Shown one piece after another: positions 9,534-20,154 of a stretch of DNA of 64,000 bases. Positions within the stretch are counted from its first letter, which is position 1. Each line of letters begins with the position of its first letter. The DNA lies in the NCBI GenBank assembly GCA_965197725.1, contig CBDANQ010000061.1, positions 32,001-96,000 of the forward strand, given 5' to 3'. This DNA is from Longimicrobiales bacterium. GTDB taxonomy: Bacteria > Gemmatimonadota > Gemmatimonadetes > Longimicrobiales > Gaopeijiaceae. Made by a program: the position numbers and the translations under genes. The notes under the pieces are model-generated. The model saw nothing but the letters and a program-made list of their open reading frames with translations, had not been told where the DNA came from and did not search any database.

Positions 9534-11066
9534 TCAGCCCCGCACGCGATCCAAGTATCGGTATTGGAGGGCCTCGGCCGCATCGCGGTAGCGGATCTCC
9601 TCCGCGCCGTCCAGGTCGGCGATCGTGCGAGCCACCTTCAAGATCCGGTGGTAGGAGCGCGCTGACAGACCCACGCGATCGACCGCGCGTTGAAGGAGGC
9701 GTGACACAGCTCGACTCGGCCGGCACCACCGACGCAACTCCATAGGACGCATCTGGCCGTTGGCGTGCACCGCCTCGACCCCCTCGAAGCACGCCTCCTG
9801 GAGCCGACGGGCCTCTGAGACGCGTGCCTTGATTTGTCCGCTGCTGGACCCTTCGCCATCTCCCGACAGATGCTCGAACGGCACCGGCGGGACTTGTAGG
9901 TGCAAGTCGATTCGGTCGATGAGCGGCCCCGAAACCCGCCCCATGTAGCGGTGCACGACCGTCGGATCGCAGAGGCATCGGTCGCTACCGTCTCCCCAGA
10001 AGCCGCACGGACAGGGGTTCATAGCCGCCACGAGCAGGATCCTGGCAGGGAAGCGGACGGCCGACCTGGCCCGCGAGAGATGGATGACCCCGGCTTCCAG
10101 TGGCTGCCGGAGTACATCCAGCACGTTCCGGCGAAATTCGGCCAACTCGTCGAGGAAGAGCACGCCGTTGTGCGCCAGGCTGACCTCCCCAGGCCGGATC
10201 GGAGATCCACCGCCGACGAGCCCGGCGTCGCTGACCGTGTGATGAGGGGCCCGGAAAGGGCGCCGGGAGATCAGGGGCATCCCGCTCCGCAGCATGCCCG
10301 CGACCGAGTGAACGCGGGTAGACTCGAGTGCCTCGTCGAGGGTGAGCGGGGGCAGGATCCCGGCAAGCCTGCGCGCCAGCATCGTCTTGCCCGACCCCGG
10401 CGGTCCAAGAAAGAGCACGTTGTGTGAGCCGGCGGCAGCGATCTCCAGGACGCGCTTCGCTACCGCTTGGCCTCGCACGTCACGCATGTCCAGGCCGTCC
10501 GAAACGCTCTCCTGCAACAGCTCGCGGGGTTCGAGGGCGCCCTCTTCGAGCGACCGTCCCCCCCTGAAGTGCTTGATGACGTCACACAGGGTCGCCGCGC
10601 TGAGAGCGGTCACACCGGGGACGACACTCGCCTCTTCGGCGTTCGCCGACGGCAGCACCAGAGTGCGGATACCCGCCGCCGCACACTCCGCCGCGATCGG
10701 CAGTGCGCCGCGAATGGGTCGTAGCGAGCCGTCGAGCCCGAGCTCTCCGAGGAACGCGCACTCAGGCAACAGCGAGTCGTCCAGGTGCCCACCCGCTGCG
10801 AGCAACCCCACCGCGATCGGTAGGTCGAACGCCGTTCCCTCCTTGCGCACGTCCCCTGGAGCGAGATTCACCGTGATGCGCCGAGGCGGAAGCGGGAAGC
10901 CGGAGTTCCACAGTGCCGCCGCGACCCTGTCGCGGCTTTCGCGCACCGCACCGTGCGGCAGCCCGACGACAGTGAAGGCCGGCAGGCCGGAACTCAGGTT
11001 CACCTCGACCTTCACGAGAAACGACTCGACGCCCCGGAGAGCCGCGGTGTGGACATGAGCGAGCAC
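9534..11066 (-). CDS. comM: YifB/ComM family Mg-chelatase-like AAA+ ATPase
   Basis: RITVNLAP, GPPGSGKTMLARR, PFRAPHH, LAHNGVLFLDE, AMNPCPCG. Confidence 0.92.
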   Translation of the reverse strand: MLAHVHTAALRGVESFLVKVEVNLSSGLPAFTVVGLPHGAVRESRDRVAAALWNSGFPLPPRRITVNLAPGDVRKEGTAFDLPIAVGLLAAGGHLDDSLLPECAFLGELGLDGSLRPIRGALPIAAECAAAGIRTLVLPSANAEEASVVPGVTALSAATLCDVIKHFRGGRSLEEGALEPRELLQESVSDGLDMRDVRGQAVAKRVLEIAAAGSHNVLFLGPPGSGKTMLARRLAGILPPLTLDEALESTRVHSVAGMLRSGMPLISRRPFRAPHHTVSDAGLVGGGSPIRPGEVSLAHNGVLFLDELAEFRRNVLDVLRQPLEAGVIHLSRARSAVRFPARILLVAAMNPCPCGFWGDGSDRCLCDPTVVHRYMGRVSGPLIDRIDLHLQVPPVPFEHLSGDGEGSSSGQIKARVSEARRLQEACFEGVEAVHANGQMRPMELRRWCRPSRAVSRLLQRAVDRVGLSARSYHRILKVARTIADLDGAEEIRYRDAAEALQYRYLDRVRG

Positions 11067-11217
11067 GTTTCACTCTCGTCGCGAGCACGGGACACGGGTA
11101 TGGCGTAATCGGCCTCGATGCACGCGCCATTCTGTGCTTGTGCGGTCCCAGACGACCCCATACGATGCGGGCGCTCCGACCCTCGAAAACGAATCTGAAC
11201 CCACACGGAGAGTGTGC

Positions 11218-12351
11218 ATGAAGGTCGCCGTTCTGAAGGAAACACGTCCTGGAGAGCGCAGGGTCGCCCTGGTCCCTCAAGGTGTGAAAGCGCTGCTCGA
11301 GGCTGGACTCGACGTGACCGTGCAGGCCGGCGCGGGATCGGCCTCGAGTATCTCGGACGATGAGTACGAAGAGGCCGGCGCTACTGTCGCTCCCTCCGCT
11401 GCCGAGACTCTCCGGGACGCGGGCGTGGTGCTCGCGGTGAACGCGCCGTCCCTTGGGGACCTGGCGGCGATGTCCGAGGGCACGATTCTGGTGTCGTTCT
11501 TGAGCCCACTCACGAACCCGGACCTCGTTCGCGTGCTCGCGGAATCGAAGATTACCGGGATCGCCATGGAAATGGTTCCTCGGATTACGCGAGCGCAGTC
11601 GATGGACGCTCTCTCCTCCCAGGCGACCGTGGCCGGGTACAAAGCGGTGCTGATCGCCGCAGACCACTTGCCGAAGTTCCTCCCCATGTTCACGACCGCG
11701 GCGGGCACGATTCGACCCGCGAAGGCGCTCATTCTCGGGGCGGGCGTCGCGGGTTTGCAGGCGATCGCGACCGCTCGACGCCTCGGCGCCGTGGTGCAGG
11801 CGTTCGACGTTCGGCCGGCGGTGAAGGAACAGGTGGAGAGCCTGGGCGCCAGCTTCCTGGCGGCCGACGAGGAGGTCGCAGCCGAGGGTGAGGGCGGCTA
11901 CGCAAAGGAGCTCTCCGAGGACCAGCATCAGAAGGAGCTGGACCTCATCGCCGGCGCGATCGTCGACTGCGACATCGTGATCACCACGGCTCAGATCCCC
12001 GGCCGCGACGCACCTCTGCTAATCACGGAAGATATGGTCAGGTCGATGCGTCCGGGGTCGGTGATCATCGATCTCGCTTCGGAGAGCGGCGGCAATTGTG
12101 CGTTGACCCAGAGCGGCGAAACCGTTGTCGAGCACGGCGTGCAGATTGTCGGGCCCGTGAACCTACCAACCGGCATCCCAGTGCACGCGAGCCAGATGTA
12201 CTCGAAGAACATCGTGACGCTGGTCAGCGAGTTCGTCGGAGAAGAAGGCCGAATCGAACTCGACCTGGATAACGATGTCGTAGGGCCCTCGACAGTCACA
12301 CACCGGGGCGAGGTCACGAACGAGCGCGTGCAAAACGCGCTGTCGGCGTGA
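11218..12351 (+). CDS. pntAA: NAD(P) transhydrogenase subunit alpha, part 1
   Basis: KETRPGERRVALVP, PRITRAQSMDALSSQ, GAGVAGLQAIATA, GEGGYAKELS. Confidence 0.95.
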   Translation: MKVAVLKETRPGERRVALVPQGVKALLEAGLDVTVQAGAGSASSISDDEYEEAGATVAPSAAETLRDAGVVLAVNAPSLGDLAAMSEGTILVSFLSPLTNPDLVRVLAESKITGIAMEMVPRITRAQSMDALSSQATVAGYKAVLIAADHLPKFLPMFTTAAGTIRPAKALILGAGVAGLQAIATARRLGAVVQAFDVRPAVKEQVESLGASFLAADEEVAAEGEGGYAKELSEDQHQKELDLIAGAIVDCDIVITTAQIPGRDAPLLITEDMVRSMRPGSVIIDLASESGGNCALTQSGETVVEHGVQIVGPVNLPTGIPVHASQMYSKNIVTLVSEFVGEEGRIELDLDNDVVGPSTVTHRGEVTNERVQNALSA

Positions 12352-12398
12352 CAGCGTTCTAGTCGACGTAAACTCACAGCCAGGACTCAGGAGAATCG

Positions 12399-12677
12399 AT
12401 GGGCGAGTTGATGATCGGACTGTACGTGTTCGTGCTCGCGGCGTTGGCCGGTCGTGAGGTGATCACCAAGGTGCCTCCCACCCTCCACACTCCACTCATG
12501 TCAGGCGCCAACGCGATCTCCGGCATCGCGATCGTCGGCGCGATCGTCGTCGCGGCCCGCGCCGAGGGTACCATGCAGATGGTGCTCGGCGTCGTGGCGA
12601 TCACCATGGCCACAATCAACGTGATCGGGGGATTCATGGTGACGGATCGCATGCTCAGCATGTTCAGGAAGAGGTAG
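12399..12677 (+). CDS. pntAB: NAD(P) transhydrogenase subunit alpha, part 2
   Basis: VPPTLHTPLMSGANAISG, GGFMVTDRML. Confidence 0.95.
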   Translation: MGELMIGLYVFVLAALAGREVITKVPPTLHTPLMSGANAISGIAIVGAIVVAARAEGTMQMVLGVVAITMATINVIGGFMVTDRMLSMFRKR

Positions 12678-12683
12678 CTCGGC

Positions 12684-14072
12684 ATGAACGCAGACATCCT
12701 GGTCGAACTGACCTACCTGCTGTCGGCTATCCTCTTCGTCGTCGGGCTAAAGCGACTGCAATCGCCCGCAACCGCACGTGGTGGCAACGCGCTTGCGTCC
12801 TTCGCGATGCTTCTCGCGATCATCGCGACCGTGGTCGATACCGACATCCTCAGCTGGACCGGGATCCTCGTCGGGGTGGCGATCGGTGGCGTCATCGGCG
12901 GCGTAGCAGCCCGTAGGGTCGAAATGACGGCAATGCCGGAAATGGTTGGCATGTTCAACGCCTTCGGTGGTGGCGCATCGGCGCTCGTGGCCGTAGCCGA
13001 GTTCCTCAACCTCCCCGGGGTCGGTTTGGGCACGGGGGGCGTCTCGATGCTGCTCGGGACGCTGATCGGCGGCGTGACCTTCTCCGGGTCGTTCATCGCG
13101 TTCGCCAAGCTGAGGGGCATCCTCACCGGGAACCCCATCACCTTCCCGGGCCAGAATGCCACGAACGCCCTGCTCGTCCTGGGCACGGTCGCGCTCGGCG
13201 CGATGACCCTGGGCGTCTTCGGGGGTCAGGATCCTACCACGCTCTTCTACGTCTTCTGCGGCATCTCGCTCCTGCTCGGCATCCTTTTGATAATCCCGAT
13301 CGGTGGTGCGGACATGCCGGTCGTGATATCGCTGCTGAACTCCTATTCGGGCTTGGCCGCGAGTGCGGCGGGATTCGCAATCGGCAACATGGTCCTGATC
13401 ATCTCCGGTGCCTTGGTGGGGGCCGCCGGGCTCATTCTGACGCAGCTCATGTGCAAGGGCATGAACCGCTCCCTCGCCAACGTCGCTTTCGGCGGCTTCG
13501 GTGGCACTGCGGGCGTCGAGCGCGCGCAGATCGGCCAGCGCCCGGTGAGGCGGGCGGACGCCGAGGCGGTCGCAGCGGAGCTCGGCTACGTGAATTCGGT
13601 GGTGGTGGTGCCAGGGTACGGGTTGGCGGTCGCGCAAGCCCAACACGAGCTCCGCAAAGTCGGCGACCTACTCGAAGGTCGCGGAGTGGACGTGAAGTAC
13701 GCGATCCACCCGGTCGCTGGTCGCATGCCCGGTCACATGAACGTGCTGCTCGCGGAAGCGGACGTCAGCTACGACAAGCTCTTCGACCTCGACGAAATCA
13801 ACGACGACTTCTCGAAAACGGACGCGGTGCTCATCGTAGGAGCGAACGACGTGGTGAACCCCGCGGCACGCGACCCGCAGTCGGTCATCGCCGGCATGCC
13901 GATTCTGGACGTCGACCAGGCACGCCGGGTCATCGTCATGAAACGGAGCCTCTCTCCCGGCTTCGCCGGCATCGACAACGACCTGTTCTATTCGGACAAG
14001 ACGCTGATGTTCTTCGGAGATGCCAAAGATTCGATGGGAGATCTCGTGCGTGAGGTCCGCGAACTGGCGTAG
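12684..14072 (+). CDS. pntB: NAD(P) transhydrogenase subunit beta
   Basis: IGGADMPVVISLLNSYSG, VPGYGLAVAQAQH, HPVAGRMPGHMNVLLAEA. Confidence 0.96.
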   Translation: MNADILVELTYLLSAILFVVGLKRLQSPATARGGNALASFAMLLAIIATVVDTDILSWTGILVGVAIGGVIGGVAARRVEMTAMPEMVGMFNAFGGGASALVAVAEFLNLPGVGLGTGGVSMLLGTLIGGVTFSGSFIAFAKLRGILTGNPITFPGQNATNALLVLGTVALGAMTLGVFGGQDPTTLFYVFCGISLLLGILLIIPIGGADMPVVISLLNSYSGLAASAAGFAIGNMVLIISGALVGAAGLILTQLMCKGMNRSLANVAFGGFGGTAGVERAQIGQRPVRRADAEAVAAELGYVNSVVVVPGYGLAVAQAQHELRKVGDLLEGRGVDVKYAIHPVAGRMPGHMNVLLAEADVSYDKLFDLDEINDDFSKTDAVLIVGANDVVNPAARDPQSVIAGMPILDVDQARRVIVMKRSLSPGFAGIDNDLFYSDKTLMFFGDAKDSMGDLVREVRELA

Positions 14073-14143
14073 GCGAACACGAATAGGCCCCTTCGAATAC
14101 CAGCCACCATGTCTTCGTCGATCGCTTCCGGGCAAGCGAGTCA

Positions 14144-14725
14144 CTAGTGCTCCTTCGTGCTCTCCTGCCCGGTCGTGGCGAGTACGCTTACCGTCGATTC
14201 GAACTCGGCGCGAATCACGCCGAGCTGCTGTCGGACCTCTTCCGCCAAGGTCGCCGGCAGCACGGGGTCCCGGGCTTCACCCTTCTCGAAGAGCTGGAAG
14301 AAGAGCACGTCCGTGTGGCCAACGCTGCCGTGCGTGACCGCCCGATCGATGACGCGGTTGAGCTGAAGGACGTCTCTGAGAGAGATCGGCACCTGACCCC
14401 CCATCGGGGGATCGCGATAAAGCTCACGAATCACCAACTCGCGAAGCACCTGCAGCTCCTCGATGACTTCCCCGGCGGCCAGACCCCTTTGGGCCGCGGT
14501 CGCACCGAAGAGCTCCGTGCACCGATCCCAGATCGGACTTACTTCCCCCCTCAGTGGCCCCAATAGCGGTGGGAGAAACGCCACCAGCAAAGACGTGAAG
14601 GCGTCGATGATCCGGTCCCAAGGCTCGCTGCGCCCCAAGCCGTTCTCATGGATTCGCCTCGCCCACTGCTCGCGAATGGCTGGCAGCTTCCGCTGGAGCC
14701 ACTCGGCGAGCTCGAGGGGTGCCAT
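14144..14725 (-). CDS. Hypothetical helical protein, RsbRD-N/non-heme-globin-like (start uncertain, ORF open to 14809)
   Basis: I.EQW, G..AAQRGLAAGEVIEELQVLRE, LNRVIDRAV pattern. Confidence 0.55.
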   Translation of the reverse strand: MAPLELAEWLQRKLPAIREQWARRIHENGLGRSEPWDRIIDAFTSLLVAFLPPLLGPLRGEVSPIWDRCTELFGATAAQRGLAAGEVIEELQVLRELVIRELYRDPPMGGQVPISLRDVLQLNRVIDRAVTHGSVGHTDVLFFQLFEKGEARDPVLPATLAEEVRQQLGVIRAEFESTVSVLATTGQESTKEH

Positions 14726-14972
14726 ACGGCGGTGCCCCGGGCCAGGGATCCGCGTGGCGGCGGACCCGGGCCCCATTGCTCGCTCTCGATCTGTGGCGTA
14801 GTTCGGCATCCGGGTAGAGATGCTCCGGGCTTACGTCCGCAGGGCGCCTCCGGTGGCGACATCTCAGAGCCGGGAAGGGTCGGCTCCGAGAGTACTCAAG
14901 ATGCCGGAATATGACCGCTCTGACCAGTCCAGCAAACTGAGAATGAAGTACAGTGGGCCGCCGAGGGGGCTG

Positions 14973-17900
14973 CTAGCCCCGAGAATCTGATCGCTGCAGC
15001 CGGACCGATACCGTCGTTCCCTCACCGGGCACGCTGATGACGTCGACCGACCCTCCCCACGCGTTTACCAGTCTCTGCACGATCGGAAGACCGAGCCCGG
15101 CGCCGGTGGAACGTGTGGAGAAACGCGGATCGAAGATGCGGGGCAGCAACGCCTCATCGATGCCCGAGCCGTCATCTACGACCTCGACCACCACGGCACC
15201 GTCTCCGTCCGCGCGTCCGCAGATACGAACGACCCCTCGGTCGCCGATGGCGTCACGGGCGTTCTCCATCAGATTGACGAGAACCTCCTTGAGCTCCGAG
15301 CCACGCGACACCACGGTGGGCAGATCGTCCGGTACGTCTTGCTCAAACCTCACGAGTGGAGAGGATCCGCCCCCGTAGAGCGCCATCACATCGTCGACCA
15401 CGGCGGGAATCGAGACCACAGACAGCGGCGCCTCCCCTTCTCCGCTCGGGGCGCCGAAACGGGAGAAACTCTGCGCGATCGCGGCCAGTCGATCGATTTC
15501 CGCAAGCATCGCGTCGGCGTTCCTGACGAGGATTTCGTTGAAGTCCGTGGCCTCGTCGTCCCAAGCGCGACGGATGTGCTGGATACTCAACTTGATCGGT
15601 GTCAGCGGGTTCTTGACCTCGTGGGCCACCTGCTGTGCCATCTCGCCCCACGCCAGTACTCGCTCCGCGCGTAGCTTATCCGTCACGTCGTCCAAAGCGA
15701 GCACGACGCCGCGGCGGCTACCCAGCGCGCCGAGCCGGCTGGCCCGCACGCGTACGCGACGATCGTTCGCGTGCAGCTCCATGTCCGCCTGGTCGGCAGA
15801 ACCCGCAAGGAAGTGAGCCAGCCAACCGGAGAGCGCTTCACCGAGCGGGCCTTCACCGGGCACGCTTCTCCCGACGAACACCTCCGAGCCCAACATCTCC
15901 TCGGCGCGAGGGTTTACCTGCATGACCCGTCCTGCCGGGTCGAGCGCGATCATGCCAACGGCGGCCTCGTCCATGATCGCCTGCGTGCGCCGTGACGTGC
16001 GTACGAGCTGTCGACGAGCTCTGCGCACACGGCTGACCATCCGGTTGAAGGCGCGGAATACCGCGCCGAACTCGTCCGCACGCGTGCTGGGAAGGCGGAG
16101 CTGAAGGTCCCCCGCACCCACCGCTTCGGAGGCGACCTGAAGCGCCCGGATCGGGCTCGTCAGGGCTCGACCGGCCATCCACGCCAATACGAGGGACAAC
16201 GCGCCTCCGACGAGAATCGCGAAGCCCATCAGCTCGATGAGATCGGTGGTCTGGATCGCCGTGGCGCCGGCTTGAAGCGGAACCTGCACACCGAGGATGT
16301 CACCGTCGGGGAGACGCCGGTACGCCGTGATGTACCGCCAGCGCCCCAGCGAAGTCTCCGTGTACTCCCGGATCCCTTCACTTCCGTCGAGCAGACGATG
16401 CTGCGCGAGCGGAATCCAGCCCTCGTAAAGGCCAAGCTCGACGAGCTCCTCGACCGAGCCCTCCCGCAACTCGCCGTCCCGGTACTCGAGTAACTCCGCG
16501 CCCACCTGCTGCGCGAGTCGCTCCATCCTGGTTCCCCCGGACGCTCCGGCGAGCGACAGGTACCAGTCCGCGGCGTCCTCGACGACTCGCTCGGCGATCG
16601 CTTGAGCCGAGCGCACCGACGCCCGCGCCAGGGTTCGGTACGCTATGGTTCCGAAGAGCGCGTTGGCGAGGACGAAAAAGCCGAAGAGCGCGAGCGTGAC
16701 CCGGGCGCGGAACGAGATCACCCAGCCGGACACCCTCATCTCCTCAGGCATCACCTCCCGCAGCAATGCTCGCCCACCGAGCCAGAACGAGAAGAAGACG
16801 AGGAGGTCGAGCGCCAACAGCAATGAGCCGCGAGCCGACGCGAGCAGCGGACCCGGCAGCTCGACCAGGTAGTGTGCATGGTACGCCCTGTTCTCGAACT
16901 CGAGCGCGAGGTCCCCCTGCCAGCCCGTACTGGCACGCGCCCAGGTGATGGACCCGGGTCCGTGTGGATCAGTATCGAGCAAAGGGATGAGCGTGAGCGG
17001 CTCCGCCAGCGACGCGGAACCGCTTCGCATGAGGGCCGCAAGCGCCGAGCGGGAGCTGCGAAGCGTTGAGATCGCGGGCCCAACCGCTGTAAGAACGTGC
17101 CCCGCCGAGAGCGGCAGCGCGATCACGTAGCGGGCGTCGTCCCTGCGCAGATGAAACAGCTCCGACGTGCCCCGCACCCGTGTCTCGCGCACGATGCCGG
17201 CGACCCGCCCCGGTCGGTCCGTACCCACGCCGATGCGAAGTTCCTCACCGGCTTCGCCCCCTTCCGGCCACATGGTGATCCGCAACGGCACGCCGTCTTC
17301 GGCCAGACCACTTCCGCGCCAGGCGCCGTACATGACGTCGACGTCTCCCTTGCCCTCCCGCTCGAGCGAGTCCGCGACCTCACCCAACCGTATGAGCCCC
17401 CGACGCAGCGCCAAATCCTCGGGCGCCGCAGCCGCCGTGAGGCGCGCGGTCCCCTCCGCGACTTCTGCTGCGATCTGTTGCTGCCACGCGGCCGGAAGCG
17501 TGGCGGTCACCGCCAGGACCCCAGCCATGAGCCAACCGACGAGCGGTCGCTGCCAACCCGCCCAGGCCCCGATCGAGGCGGCCGCGAGCGAGGTGGGCGC
17601 GAGCCAGAGCGCGCTCCACCAGATCGGCAGCGTTCGCGTCAGCCCCACGTACGTGGCGCCGGCCGCGGCAAGCGCGATCGCGGCAACCAGCGCGGCGGCG
17701 GCGAGTCCCCGATTCCCCTCTGGGCGAGCGCGCGTGAAGGCGAGGGCGGAGCCCACGATGAGCGTGAGCACGGCCGCCAGGGCGCCCTGGTACGCGATCC
17801 ACTCGAGCCTTCCACCCGCCAGCGACTCGGGACGGAGGCCGGCTTGGGTAAGCAGAATGGTCAGCGGAAAGAGCACGCTGGATATCAACCCCGCCACCCA

Positions 17901-19019
17901 GAACGGTATTTCCAGCCTCGGTCGCGGAAGTACGGCGATCATCGTGAAACCCGCCAACGCCAGGACGGCGAACCTCCCGAGCGAGATCGGAAGCGGGCCC
18001 GGAAGCTCGAAGAGACCAGGGTCGAAGAGCCCCGCCAGACGATCGATCTGATCCAGCGGAAGGAACGCCGCGACGAAGAGAAGGCTACCCGCTGCTACGG
18101 TGCCAGCGGCGAGCCTAGGCGGTCCACCGATCGCGAGCAGCAGCCACGCGAGTAACAGACTCATCGATACGAACGCTTGCCAGCGCCCCATGACCGTCGA
18201 CACGCGCGCGGCTAGTTCCGGACGCTCTATGACGACGCTGAGCAGACGTTCGCCGCCGGGCACGCTGAGTTCCCACACTCCCTCCGAGACGTGAGGAGAT
18301 TCGGCGCTGATACGGATCGACTCGCCCGTCTCCCGCAAGAACTCGGCGCTGAAGTCGCCAACATCTGCCGCTACGTCAGCGGACAGATCCGTGCGTAAGA
18401 GGTGGGCGGCCATGGCGACGCTTCCGTTGGACGCCACCGCGGTTACGTACAGGTATCCGAAGAGCGGGAGGTCACGGTACATGTACCGCCGCTCCCCCCT
18501 TTGCGCGGGCTCGGGTACTTTCCCGCGATGCACGCCGTCCCAGAGGATCAGCTGTCCCCGTGGGTCGTAGAGTGCCATCGCCGCAGCACCGTGCCGAGCC
18601 CTCAGACGCTCGAGCGCAGTCACGTCCTGCGACGCGGCCAGCTCTCTCGCCATGCCCGCGAGCGAGTCGGCCGCGACCTCACCGGCCGTGAGCAGCCCTT
18701 GCAGCGCGGCGTCCAGCCTAGTCTCTCCGACCTCCTGCTCGCGCTCCGCCCAATACTCGTCCCACCCCGACGTGAGCTCGCCTATCTGGCGTTGGGCCCC
18801 GAATGCCGCGAGGATGGCAAACACGAGGATCGCCGAGCCGGCACCCCAGGCCACGCCTGTCCGACGAGGGCCCCAGAGGAGGGCGGCCGTGACGCCAGCA
18901 GCCGCGAGGACCAGGACCGCGTGCCCCGGCGACGCCGCCCACAGCGACAACGAGACCAAAGCGATCCACGGACCGAGCCACCCGATAGCCCGCGCAGCTC
19001 TAAGCCACTTCAGGGACAT
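14973..19019 (-). CDS. Large multi-TM sensor histidine kinase (HAMP-PAS-HisKA-HATPase), NtrY-like
   Basis: DEFG.V..AFNRM HAMP; AHEVKNPLTPI H-box; NLMENA, DDGSGI, GAGLGL boxes. Confidence 0.9.
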   Translation of the reverse strand: MSLKWLRAARAIGWLGPWIALVSLSLWAASPGHAVLVLAAAGVTAALLWGPRRTGVAWGAGSAILVFAILAAFGAQRQIGELTSGWDEYWAEREQEVGETRLDAALQGLLTAGEVAADSLAGMARELAASQDVTALERLRARHGAAAMALYDPRGQLILWDGVHRGKVPEPAQRGERRYMYRDLPLFGYLYVTAVASNGSVAMAAHLLRTDLSADVAADVGDFSAEFLRETGESIRISAESPHVSEGVWELSVPGGERLLSVVIERPELAARVSTVMGRWQAFVSMSLLLAWLLLAIGGPPRLAAGTVAAGSLLFVAAFLPLDQIDRLAGLFDPGLFELPGPLPISLGRFAVLALAGFTMIAVLPRPRLEIPFWVAGLISSVLFPLTILLTQAGLRPESLAGGRLEWIAYQGALAAVLTLIVGSALAFTRARPEGNRGLAAAALVAAIALAAAGATYVGLTRTLPIWWSALWLAPTSLAAASIGAWAGWQRPLVGWLMAGVLAVTATLPAAWQQQIAAEVAEGTARLTAAAAPEDLALRRGLIRLGEVADSLEREGKGDVDVMYGAWRGSGLAEDGVPLRITMWPEGGEAGEELRIGVGTDRPGRVAGIVRETRVRGTSELFHLRRDDARYVIALPLSAGHVLTAVGPAISTLRSSRSALAALMRSGSASLAEPLTLIPLLDTDPHGPGSITWARASTGWQGDLALEFENRAYHAHYLVELPGPLLASARGSLLLALDLLVFFSFWLGGRALLREVMPEEMRVSGWVISFRARVTLALFGFFVLANALFGTIAYRTLARASVRSAQAIAERVVEDAADWYLSLAGASGGTRMERLAQQVGAELLEYRDGELREGSVEELVELGLYEGWIPLAQHRLLDGSEGIREYTETSLGRWRYITAYRRLPDGDILGVQVPLQAGATAIQTTDLIELMGFAILVGGALSLVLAWMAGRALTSPIRALQVASEAVGAGDLQLRLPSTRADEFGAVFRAFNRMVSRVRRARRQLVRTSRRTQAIMDEAAVGMIALDPAGRVMQVNPRAEEMLGSEVFVGRSVPGEGPLGEALSGWLAHFLAGSADQADMELHANDRRVRVRASRLGALGSRRGVVLALDDVTDKLRAERVLAWGEMAQQVAHEVKNPLTPIKLSIQHIRRAWDDEATDFNEILVRNADAMLAEIDRLAAIAQSFSRFGAPSGEGEAPLSVVSIPAVVDDVMALYGGGSSPLVRFEQDVPDDLPTVVSRGSELKEVLVNLMENARDAIGDRGVVRICGRADGDGAVVVEVVDDGSGIDEALLPRIFDPRFSTRSTGAGLGLPIVQRLVNAWGGSVDVISVPGEGTTVSVRLQRSDSRG

Positions 19020-19027
19020 CCGCGAAC

Positions 19028-19451
19028 GTGACTTCATTCGCGATCGACGAACTGAGCTGGTCGGAGATCGGCCGGGCGATCGCCAGAGACCCTCGATTGA
19101 TTCTCGCGGTAGGAGCGATGGACCAACACGGCCCTCACCTCCCTTTGGGAGCCAACGTCCTCATCGCGGACCGCGTCGCCCAGGCCGTTTCGCAGCGACT
19201 AGGCATTCTACGCGCTCCGACCTTCTCATACGGGGTTTTGATCGGCGGAGGTCCCTTCGCCGGGACGGTGGTGAGCTGGCAACCTCGCTCGTAGTGCACC
19301 CCCGCCCAAATCTCGAGGCGTCGTCGGCCGCTCCAAACGAGGTACGCTCGAGAAGGGGGCAGCGATCCTCGAGCGATACACGCAGGAGATCACCGCTGCG
19401 CTCGAAGGGAGGCCGACGCACGATGCGAACGCACGACGCGCGCGCGGGTAG
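19028..19451 (+). pseudogene. Creatininase-family gene with two internal deletions/frameshifts
   Basis: ELSWSE..., DQHGPHLPLG...FAGT in one frame, GGELATSL in a second, SRGVVG...TLEKGAAILERY to TAG 19449-19451 in a third. Confidence 0.75.
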
Positions 19452-19458
19452 GACCGTC

Positions 19459-20154
19459 ATGCGCCTTGGATTATCTCTTTGTGGCTCACTCTTGCTCGCG
19501 ATGGGCACCGCGCTCGGGCTCAGCGCGCAGAGCGTGGTCGTGGATCAAGGCATTTTCTCCGTGAGGATTGGCGGCGAAGTCATCGGCAGCGAGCAGTTCT
19601 CCATTCGGCGGGCGGGCTTTGGACGGAGCGCGGCGTATATCGCGAGCGGTGCCGTGGCTCTGTCGCGCGATGGCGAGGCCCAGGAGCTGCGTCCCTTGCT
19701 GAGCGCCCACGCCCCCGAGGGCGCGGCAGACGGCTATCAGCTGAAGGTCTCTGGGATCGACGCCTCCGAAATCGTGCTCAACCTGGTCGGCCCTCGTTTC
19801 GTTTCCAACTTCCGCTCGGCGGCCGGAGAGGAGCAGCGCGAGTTCAGCGCAAGCACCCACACCCGGATCGTCGAGCGGCTCGTGGCCCATCACTACTACT
19901 TCCTCGGGAACGTGAGCGAGGGGGCGCGGGTCCCGGTCATCGAGCCCCGCTCCCGCCTGGTGATGGATCTCGTGGCGGGCGCCTGGGTGGATGAGGAGCT
20001 CCGCTTGGGGCCGAATCGAGTGGACGCTCGAAAGGTCGTGTTCCGGGATGGTGAGCAAGACCGGATCGTATGGTTCGACCGTCAGGGGCGCGTGCTGCGC
20101 GTCGAGATCCCCGCACTGCAATACGTGGCCCAACGCCAGGACCTGGTCGGCTGA
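19459..20154 (+). CDS. Secreted beta-rich hypothetical protein
   Basis: Signal peptide LSA-Q; IG.EQFSIRR...VWFDRQGRVLRVEIP. Confidence 0.7.
   Translation: MRLGLSLCGSLLLAMGTALGLSAQSVVVDQGIFSVRIGGEVIGSEQFSIRRAGFGRSAAYIASGAVALSRDGEAQELRPLLSAHAPEGAADGYQLKVSGIDASEIVLNLVGPRFVSNFRSAAGEEQREFSASTHTRIVERLVAHHYYFLGNVSEGARVPVIEPRSRLVMDLVAGAWVDEELRLGPNRVDARKVVFRDGEQDRIVWFDRQGRVLRVEIPALQYVAQRQDLVG

Noticed and set aside
11218..14072. Three-gene transhydrogenase
   Set aside because: The split alpha subunit is a well-known arrangement.
18652..19458. 500-aa ORF as one protein
   Set aside because: The upstream part overlaps the kinase and the creatininase pseudogene; only the part from 19459 looks like a real secreted protein.
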